Source: Felis catus (taxonomy: Eukaryota). From it: DNA of 64,000 nt. The notes below the pieces were generated by a model. That model did not search any database and had not been told where the DNA came from. It worked only from the letters and a program-made list of their open reading frames with translations. This document shows, in pieces, positions 53,889 through 64,000 of the stretch (position 1 is the stretch's first letter; every line of letters begins with the position of its first letter). The stretch lies in contig NC_058368.1 of assembly GCF_018350175.1 (NCBI RefSeq), forward strand, positions 221,218,001-221,282,000. Reading direction: 5' to 3'. Both the position numbers and the translations under genes were made by a program.

Positions 53889-54101
53889 GGGCCTCGGTGG
53901 CTCAGTTGTTTAAGCGTCCCACTTCAGCTCAGGTCATGATCTCTGGTTCATTGAGTTCAAACCATGCATCAGGCTCTGTGCTGACAGCTCAGAGCCTGGA
54001 GCCTGCTTTGGATTCTATGTATCCCTCTCTCTCTGCCCCTCCCTTGCTCGCTCTCTCTCTCTCTCTCTCAAAAATAAAAATAAACATTAAAAAATTTAAA
54101 A
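53889..54101 (+). mobile_element. Can-SINE
   Basis: Consensus body; TSD AAATA(A/G)GAAAG. Confidence 0.93.
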
Positions 54102-54890
54102 AAATAGGAAAGTTGAGCAATTTAAAATTATATACTGTAGCTAATATATTTTTTATCTTACTTGCAAATTATCTAGATATCCAAAGAATTATAATCTTAT
54201 GTTAGCTTAAGTTCTTAAATTTGACTTAAGACCCTTGAAATAACAATTTAATCCAACATATTAAGTCTTTGTGATTTGTAACATTATAAGAATTCATAAG
54301 ATTTCATTCACCCTCTTAAAAAAGACATTGCTTAATAAACGGCATACATTATTACAATTGTATTTAGCTTAACATTTTTTTTGAAATAAATTTTATTTAT
54401 TGCTATATTTATCCAATTTGTAGAAACGATAGCCTATGGAACCCATGGAACTCATGTAAAGAATTTTAAATATTAAAATCATTTAAAATAAAATCATAGT
54501 CTTATTACCTAATTATATTGTACTAACATAATTTTAGCATGATTTTACCATAACACAAAGGAAATAGAGTTGTTTTTAAGCTAAAATTCAGTCACTCTGA
54601 TTTGCTCAAAAAGTATATTAATCAGCGTTTTTGTATGAACTATCTTTGATGTAAATAAACCTCTGTACTCATACATCAAAACTTTTGAAGACACGAATTC
54701 ATGCAAAGAGCTATAAAGAACCAAGGCGTTACCAAGCTCACAGTTAAATTCTTCCTTCTGAGCTACGATTTTGGTAATGGATAAAACTACCAAAGATAAT
54801 TTCTTTAGAAACTGTAATATTTATCTAAGCTGCATATTCCTACTGTGTGCATATAGTAATAAACAAAGTTTCCAAAGAAAGGACAAGAGA

Positions 54891-55070
54891 GAGACGCCTG
54901 GTTGATTCTGTAGGTTGAAAAGTGTCTGATTTTGGCTCGGGTCATGATCTCATGGTTCGTGAGTTTGACAGCTTCACATTCTGTGTCTCCCTCTCCCTCT
55001 CTGCCCATCCCTAGCTTGTGCTTTCTCTCTCTCCCTCCCCAAAATAAATAAACATTACAAAAATTTAAAA
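54891..55070 (+). mobile_element. Internally deleted Can-SINE
   Basis: Head and CT/A tail present but the central segment is missing (GAGTTTGACAGCTTC junction); GACAAGAGA on both flanks. Confidence 0.85.
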
Positions 55071-55291
55071 GCAAAGACAAGAGAAAAAAAAGTGAAAGAA
55101 TTTAGAGAGAGCTGTCATCAGACACATTTAATATGAAATAAAAATCTTATTTTCTCTATGCTTAAAGTTTGGGAGAAAGCATTCAGATGAGAGGGCATGA
55201 GGGTGAGTGTGTGTACTTCAAATAAGAAGTTTTTTTTTGGTTTTTTTTTTTTTTTTTTTTTTTTTGCTTATACTTAGTCTCTTATAACCAT

Positions 55292-55507
55292 TAAAAAAAA
55301 TTTAACGTTTATTTATTTTTGAGAGACAGAGAGATACAGAGTGCGAGCCAGGGAGTGGCAGAAAGAGAGGGAGACACAGAATCCAAACAGGCTCCAGGCT
55401 CTGAGCTGTCAGCACAGAGCCCAACATAGGGCTCGAACCCACAAACCGTTAGATCATGACCTGAGCTGAAGTCTGATGCTTAACCGACTGAACCACCCAG
55501 GTGCCCC
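55292..55507 (-). mobile_element. Can-SINE
   Basis: Antisense consensus ending CCCAGGTGCCCC. Confidence 0.94.
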
Positions 55508-58424
55508 TCTTAGTTTGAAACGTTTCCCAAAATAATCAATGACATTTTGCATTTTTTGGTTAACTTCTTCCAGTTAGGGAAATATACACGTGAATTCAGA
55601 GATGCTTTTGGCCTGGAATATTTAGTTATTAAAGAAAATCCAAGAGAAGGAACTGCAATGCTCAGTAAGAAAAGAGCCCTCATAAATTGAAATTTTATCA
55701 CCAATATTTTTCCTACTCTCTAAATGTGTCCTATACTTTAACCAAAGGAAACAATTTAATGATGTCAAACACACAGATAGATGCTCTCTTGCCATACCTT
55801 TGCTTATGTTCTCTCAAAATGACATCCCCAAGCATGACCTTCTGTATCTCTACTATACAATAGCTGTCTTAACATTCTCAAAATTCATTATGATTGACAC
55901 GTTTTCCTAAATCATTTTGGATGATTGTAAGTTTATATCCTACTCTGTGTAACTCATTGGATTGGTATTGGCACATTTGTAATGGTATTTCCGTCACTCT
56001 TGCTAACATCGTAGTCACTTTGTAGTAGTTAATAAATCTTCCCAGTCATAGTGCTAGTCTCCTGAGAGCAGGCATTCTTATTCAATTTCATATCCTCCGT
56101 AATGCCAACACATTACGGATACAATAATTGGTAATTATTTGTTCAATTATGATTAATACCGAATTTACCCCAAGACATTTTCAGTCTCAGTTCTTGGAAG
56201 TAGTATCTATTTTTAATATATTAAGACTGAATTCTGATTTTACTACATTTATAAAATAAAGGAAGGCTTTTGGTTAAAGATGGAAGCTCGTATCGTGGCA
56301 TACTAGCCCTTACTCTCTACTAAGACACTCATTACAATGTTTTGTTAGTGTTATGAAATAACTAGCAAGAGATTTAGAGAGGAAATCTTATCAAAAAAAA
56401 TTTTTTTTTTCTGAAGATGCAGTGCAGATGTACAAAATAAAACTTCCCTAGAGGATCTGAGAAGTTTAAATCTTGAAACAGCAAAGGAAAAGAGACAAGA
56501 AGCCTCAAAATGCAACACTCAGTGATTGGTGTCATTGAGTGCCTCTGGAGAAGAAGTGACAGGGGGCTTACAAGAATTAGTTGAAAAGTCATATATATAA
56601 AATCTCCATTAAATTCCTTGATTCTCTTCTTGACTTCATATGAAAGGCTCTCCCTACTCTGGGCAGCAGACTGAAGAATTCTTTGGAGAAATTTCTTCAG
56701 TGCCTGTGACTTAGAGAAAACCAAATATATTTGAAGGATAGGTGTCCAAGGTGAAAATAACAGGATGAATTAAAAATGTATACACTGAAAGTTAAGTGTC
56801 CCAAATCTATTACCTATCCAAAATGGGTAACTACGATTCAGAGTATAATATCTCCATAGGAAGAGTTTTCTACTGAGATTTAATCAAATTCTTACCCAGG
56901 GAAGAGGAGAAAGGACCACTGACCAGGACACCCAACATCTGACTAAGAAATCTAATAAAGGAAACTAGAGATAGTGTATGGGAATAAAACTGGAAAGAAA
57001 GAGAAATAAATAGAATGACCTGGAAGAACGTGAGTTTTCACATTGGAAGAGGTCACTGCATGGCCAATCCAAAGGTCGAAAATGCTCTTTTCAATAACAA
57101 ACAATGTCGGTTTACAAAATATTTCTAAAAGATTTTCTGAATGTAGCAATTTTGTTGCTTTGGAGATATTGAAAGGAAAAAAAGTTTATGGACGAAGGGC
57201 ATAGTTTTTAGTTGACTACTGCTTGAGTATTTGAACGTGTGCATGATAGTTTCACATATTCTGAGGGAAGAGTGTCAATAAGTACACTTTTATTTCTATT
57301 CAATTCAATTTTGATGAGCATATATAAGAATGGCACTTTACCCCAAGGGAAAGATAGAATAGATTGCAGTTGTGATCAACTACATCAATTTTTATTCTCT
57401 TATGCTAAGATCAATTACCTTCTTTTTTTCAATTCAAATGAACATTGTCATAATTTGTCTTCTTTATTATCATAGAGGAGGAAGAAAGGGGGGCAGCTCA
57501 GTGTCATATCCTCCAGCATCTCTTATATGATACCTTTTTGAATCTCATTTACATCTTTTATGAATATATTTATTGTACTGAGAGCCGATTACCTAATGTT
57601 GTCTAAGTTGTTCAAGGCAGTAAGCCAGGATCTTTCTAACTTATAAGCATATTGGTTCTGACAGTTAAGAGAATTTGAGATTTCTGTATTAATTACTCTG
57701 TTTACATAAAAATGAGCTTTATGTCATTTGTGCATTCTTATTATGCATATTTGCAAAATTACGGGGCAATTACATGAATTGCTAAAACAGCAAGAGATGC
57801 CTAATTTAATTTAACAAGATGCAACTACATCATTATTCATATATCATAAAAATAAGATATATTAGATTTAGAAATTATAATAAACCGTTAGCTTTAAGAA
57901 CGTGTGTAGTTCTTAATAGGTATGCTTATCTGAAAATAATTATATTATGCAATATATAGTACTTTAAATTTTGTTCTATGCATGTTGTGTCACATTATTA
58001 CTTAGTAGGTGCAGAATACTGTGACAAGTCAGTGTTGAAAACATTTTATTACATTACACCATTTACATTACAAATACGTTATTTCAGGAACGGCATTTTG
58101 AGTTGATTCTATTCTTCTAGAGAGAGATATAGTAAAAGAGCCTTTGAGAATAAATAATTTAGAATGGACAAATAAATTTGGTAGGTGAAGGCTTTCTGAA
58201 GAAATAATTAGTATGGCATATGCTAAGAAATCCTTAGTGGGGATTAATCAGTTTATGTTAATGCTGCTTAAAGAATAATGATTTAGCCACCTTCTAAGTC
58301 TGTTGACTCAAAAGTTCCTTTATGCCTCAGCTTTTCTATGAGTTTATTCTTCTTTCCCTTTGTCCAGCTCTATATCTCCAATACAGTGTAATATTGCACT
58401 AGTATTAAAATTTTTAACATTTCT

Positions 58425-58620
58425 AAAGTTTGGGGGGCACTTCACAATTTAGTACACATATCAAACACATTCTGCTACCAGAGCCTCACAACCATCCCTA
58501 GAAAGGTGTATTATTATTCCCAATACATTATTAAGGAAATAAATGAGGACCAGAAACTTAGAGTTGCACAGCAGATAAATGGAAGATTTATACTTTCAAG
58601 CACAGATCTGTTCACATTGA
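58425..58620 (-). mobile_element. MIR fragment
   Basis: CCTCACAACCATCCCT..AAGGT..TATTATTCCC..AGGAAA..GAGG resembles the MIR core. Confidence 0.5.
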
Positions 58621-61128
58621 TTTCAGTAAAATTCCATTATTTCACAGGTGCCACTATTTTTATTTCCCAGGCAAACATGTCATTTAATCATGTCAACCAT
58701 CTGTAGATCAGTGTGTGTCTCGTCCAGTGGGTATCCAGAGTAACTTGAATGCTTGAGATATGGACATTTTGGAAACATTCTTTGTCTTACTATCTAGAAG
58801 TAGCTAGTATGCTAGTTTCATATCTACTGACCATATCTCTCCTCCCTCCTCCCTTCCCAATACACAGTCACTGAACATTAATTTTACCCCAAAACACTTT
58901 ATCTTAGAATGTGATCTCTTTTTAAAAGTCATATTTTGCCATAATTTGGCAGTTTCTTTCTTAAAGGCAGCAAAATATATATTTTTTAATGCTTTCCTAG
59001 GACCACACTGAGTTTCTTACTACAATTCTATAACCCTCCATGACTTACTTTTCCCAGCTTCTGGACAACTATCTGTGTTTCTCAGACTGTCTATGGTATT
59101 TACTTTAAAATGCTAAGTGTTTCTTTTTTTTTCTTTTTTTAGTTTCAATACGATACCAAACACCAGGGAAATCTATAAAATAATAGATGAATTTATAAGA
59201 TAAAAGCAATCAGCATTCATTCTATTGTATTAGACTAGTTTTACAAGTATTTCAAGTTAAAGTTACTCATCAAGCAATAAATATAGGCATATATATATCA
59301 TTGCACTTTGTGAGCTAGAAACATAAATATCATTTCTAAAGAGAATTTTGGTAACTCTAAGTAGTAATTCCACACCAGGTGAATATAGATCAAATGTAAA
59401 ATTCTCTAGAAGTATAATGTGATGCAAAATTTTATTGCCATTGATGTTATTCTTAAGCTTAAGAAATAAGAAATGTTATTGACTCGTATGAGGAGACCCT
59501 ACTCAGTGGAATTAGGCAAAATGTATATGAGAAAAGTTCTTGGAGTGTAAGTACTTATAATCCTCCCTTTGTTTTTGGAAATGATATTAGTCATCATTTT
59601 AGGTGATTTAAATCCTAGTTTATAGTTCTTTATTTATATCTATCTGAACTAAAAGTTTATTTTTCTCCAACTCTATAAACTATATGATTTTACTTATCAA
59701 AACTACTTTTGCTATATATGTCTACTGTAGTTGAGTTATGATACTGCTTGTTCAGTTAATGGTAGCATTCCAAGACATTCATCATTAACCAAACCAAAAA
59801 ATACTGCATAAATATTTGCAATGAAATAGTTTTGGGGCAAGCTGTAGTAATATATGTGATCTATATTTATCAGAGGAAAAGTATGAATTTTCAGAATGAG
59901 CAAAAAGTCCTTCACCTGATTCCCTTCCAGTACCTTATGCATTTTGTCTTGAATTTCAATAGCTTCTGAATAGCAACTGATTCTGTCCATACACCCAGTG
60001 GTTTTACATGCACACGTTGCAGCAACTCCATTTTGGGATGATAATGTGCAGGACCAAAACTCAAGGTGCTAAAATGTAAAGGTAAAACATGTTTTTGCAC
60101 AAAAAGTAGTGGGCGGAACACGTGTTATTAATTATAAAATAAAATTGTCTACACCTTAATAAATATACACTCAAAAAGTGTTTTCTCCATTAGTGAGTGA
60201 AATAATGTTAGCTTTACGAATTAATCTTCACAAAACTTCCAGCAAACTTTTGCAGATTATCAGTGTGACACAGTACAGATTTCCAGATGCAACAGATCAC
60301 CTTTGGTATTATCATGCTCACTAAAATAAGTGGAGCCCATGTGAGCTCTTAGTGCCAAGAATTTAGGGTGCCATTCACCCCTCCTCCCTTATGGTTTGAG
60401 GAGATATGGCACAAATGTCAGCAGTCAAATGAGAAGTGAAGTATGACTTCATTAAGTACTACTGAAAATGGAAAGCATCACACTAGAAATTTGTCACAGG
60501 AAATGAGGTGTTGAAAGGAACAGACTGTATTGCAATGAAGATGCAGAGGGAAAGCAGGGAAATCACAGACCTTTCCCAGGCAGTTGCAAAACATTTAACT
60601 CTATTGGTTCACTGAGAGTCAAGCTTGTCACAGCTTTCTCTGATTGTCCCTGCTCTCTCTCAAGCTAGATGGCAATTGTTGGAGCATTTGGCCTTCACCG
60701 CCCTGAAAGCCATCTTATTCTACCCAGAAAACTCATTTTAGACTAAAGCTAGCATTGTTCATACCAGTAAACATAATAAAACTGTGTTATTGGTAACCTC
60801 ATTGAGATACTACATCTGCCATAGTTTTGTAAACTCTACCTACCCCTGAAAAAAAGTCAAAGGCTATTAGTGTTTCCTTGATATTTATTGAGTTGCTGCG
60901 TGAACTGAAACCACACATTCCCTCTAGAAACATGCTGTATACTCACTTAGGACACAGCATTAAGGAAACTGGTAGGAAAAGTTTTGGAAGTTGTACCCTG
61001 AGGTCGGCTTATCATCTTTGGTAAAGTTTCATGATAGCTCTAGTGGTAAGTTATAGGCCAGTACATTATATTTAATGACTAAGCCAATTCAAATATGAAT
61101 TTCTATTTAACAGCAACCTAGTGCATCT

Positions 61129-61131
61129 TAA

Positions 61132-61177
<46 letters not shown>

Positions 61178-61330
61178 TTATATATATATATCTGATATAT
61201 ATATATATACACACACACACACATATATACACACACATACACACATATATATACACACACACATATATATGTATATATGTGTGTGTGTGTATATATATAT
61301 GTTTATATATGTATATATATATATATATGT
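61129..61330. repeat. Complex (AT)n/(CA)n/(TG)n simple repeat with palindromic structure
   Basis: Direct reading of the sequence. Confidence 0.95.
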
Positions 61331-62465
61331 ATTTTTCCCCCTCCGTTAGCATTCCAGCCAACCTGACCTAAGCCAGCATCATCCCTGAACTAGTTACTTG
61401 TAATAGCCCCTTTTCTTAACTAATTCCAAATTTGTCCTATAATTCATTTCTTAAATTGAATCCTGACTCTTTGTTAGGATGACAAATACCATATCTTGCC
61501 CCAGCTTAAAATCTACCAAAGGTTTTGCAAGTATCTAAATATAAAAGACAGAAGCCTTAGCATCCCCCACAAAGTCCTTGTATGACTGGCTCATTTTTAT
61601 ATCCTCAACTCATTTTTCTGTACTCTTTTTCCATTTTCCTTGTTGTAGCTCAAATCATCTTTTTCTCAATTCCTTGAGGGTACCTGGATTCCTCTTGCAA
61701 TAGCTATTTGGCACATGCTAATGTATATATCTGAAACACATATAATTTCTTTTAAAAACCAGTTAACTTACCTAATGAGTAGAGCAGAGAGATGCTTATA
61801 AAAAGATTAATGTTCATATAGATTAACTACCATATTGATAAGAGTTCTAGTTCAAGCCCTGGTCAAGGTAGCTGTATTTAAGACAAATTTGTAATTAAAA
61901 AAAAAATAAGCAGATAAGAACACATGGAAGACCTATAGCAAACTCCATTTCTTGTTTGAAAGAAGCATCTCAGGTTATTTTACATTACTTATAAAGAAGT
62001 AAAATCATGTTATTTTTCAATTTAGAAAGAGAACTCTTTGTTAATTTCAATTATGGTGGTTTAAATTATATTATTTATGAAAACACTGTTGAAATTAAAA
62101 TAATTTTGCTTTGATTCAGCTTTTAATATTTATATATACAAACACATAAAGTGTGCTTGTACATTTAAGATTTTTTTACTTTATATCACAGCTATTTTTG
62201 TGGCATTTCTCTGAGTTCATTGAATATTTCAGTTACATTCTTAAATTACCACCTACAATCAACCACACTTATTAAATTCTTTAGCAACTAAAAACAAAAC
62301 TCTTAGAGATTATTTCAACCAGCAAAGACGTTTTCCTAATAGTACCCTGACCCATGTTATTATGCTTTACCTTGAATTATTTGCCAATTAGATTTTAACT
62401 TCCTACTATCCTTTTTTTAAATTTATCTCCCATTTATTTATTATATTTTCCAAATAGAAGTCTAA

Positions 62466-62467
<2 letters not shown>

Positions 62468-62503
<36 letters not shown>
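62468..62503. repeat. (TG)n microsatellite
   Basis: Direct reading of the sequence. Confidence 0.95.
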
Positions 62504-62504
<1 letters not shown>

Positions 62505-63346
62505 CACACACATAGCATGGACATCTCTTCATTAATCTTGAAAGCCTTGTTAATTGTTCAGTCTTCTTGTAGAACTTTTCCAGTTGTTTTTCTTTTAGAT
62601 GTTTTTTTTTTTTTTCTTATGGATGGCAGAACAGGTCAGATTTTCTAGTTCTTGGTCAAGTCCTTCTTGTATACATACCTGTTGATTTATAGTTGCTTTC
62701 AGTTTGTAATGTTTCCTCAAGTACACCAAAGTTTCCTATTGAACCTCATCATATTTTCTCTCTCCAATGAGTCTATAATCTTCACTAGTGCAAATCTAGG
62801 CACATAAAAGATGGAAAGATGTTTTTTTTTCTAATTTTTGAATATTAAGTACTTTTCTAGTAAGAAAATACTTAAGTTGTTATCCAAAGAATTTGAGGAA
62901 AATGAGGATTCCATAAAATATTGACTTTTCTAAAAGAAATCCACATATTATAAATCCTGACCAAGGAATATATAAATGATTTGAAAAATGTATTCCCTCC
63001 TCCAAACAAATGATTCACAAATTTATTTACATGACAGATTCTGTTGTTTGTCTACTTGGTTAAACATCACTCAACTGCACCGTTTTCTTGTTTGCTCACC
63101 ATCATCAAAAGGTCAATGTGACCCAAGGGTGAAGGTTACATAACCCAAACAAATTATGGTGATCCACTTTTTCCTGATGGTGATTGGCTGAAGAATGGCA
63201 TGTGATGCAGTGAAATACACTTCTCATAAATTAAGGGGGAAAAAAGTGAGGCCTTTTGGGTGGAAGGGAGTTTAAAAATAATTTATTTCTCTTGAAAATG
63301 GACATAAGACAGGAGTACTTCCTTTTTTCAGCTCTTAATATTTCTC

Positions 63347-63370
63347 TTTCTTTTCTTTTCTTTTCTTTTC

Positions 63371-63407
<37 letters not shown>
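63347..63407. repeat. (CTTTT)n + poly(T)
   Basis: Direct reading of the sequence. Confidence 0.95.
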
Positions 63408-63408
<1 letters not shown>

Positions 63409-64000
63409 TGAGATAACATTTTGGTCCATGGTGGTAGACATAGACAAAACATTGAGGTGGAGAGAGTAGATAGTAAGTAGGCTTCTGATGAAATGATGGA
63501 ATCATTGGAACAATGTTCCTGATGAAATGTTTTATGTACAGTAATAATTCATGTTGCTTCAGTCATTTGATTTGGTATTTTTTTGTTATTATGCCTGAAG
63601 GTGTCTAAACTGACACAGTATTTTAAGGAACACTGTGATTGAATACAAATTTTGGTTAATAGTAGTTAGTGACTCGTTAATAGTAACAGTTTATTTATTC
63701 ATTGTTTCACCTTCTAAGACAGGCAGTTCACATATTCAGACAGTAGCTATGAATGATTTTAAGTGTTTGAAATTAACACAGAGGACAAATTTAAGTTTCA
63801 GTCATCAAATACAGGAACTTGACTGTTGAAGATTTTGTGTTTGAAGATCTTAAAAGGATACCCTTAGTGATCTGAGTTTATAGTAAGATGATGGCATCTC
63901 TTCAATCCTTCAAAGATAATGATACTCTCATTTTGTGTAGCAGAATTCACTACATTAACTTTAAAGGACATTTAAGAAGTTAAGTGAGGCTGTTGCCTAT

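Noticed and set aside
766..55080. Many 60-130 aa ORFs with recurring motifs (GAWVAQ.., AQVMIS.., GGAEREGDTESE..)
   Set aside because: They are translations of Can-SINE copies, not a gene family
1..64000. CRISPR arrays, operons, tRNA/rRNA genes
   Set aside because: Mammalian DNA with no repeat-spacer arrays; the tRNA-like A/B boxes belong to SINE heads

Overview
AT-rich mammalian genomic DNA. The many tRNA-derived Can-SINEs of SINEC_Fc type (GGGGCGCCTGGGTGGC head, (CT)n, A-rich tail) and a carnivore-type L1 point to a felid. I recognise no intact protein-coding gene, so the window looks intergenic or deep-intronic. The main gene-derived feature is a full-length, intronless, disabled NUP37 processed pseudogene on the minus strand (~5958-7165), with poly(A) tail, AATAAA and a target-site duplication. 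The rest is layered transposon debris. This includes the 5' end of an L1 running off the left edge, about 20 SINEs (several very young), truncated L1s, two MaLR (MLT1) LTR-internal-LTR proviral remnants, solo LTRs, a hAT/Charlie1 transposase fossil, MER3, L2/MIR and microsatellites. Small structural oddities include perfect palindromes, a 60-bp tandem duplication, inverted SINE pairs and a few splice-site-bounded candidate exons. I found no convincing novel biological system. Repeat subfamily names come from recalled consensus sequences, not from a search.
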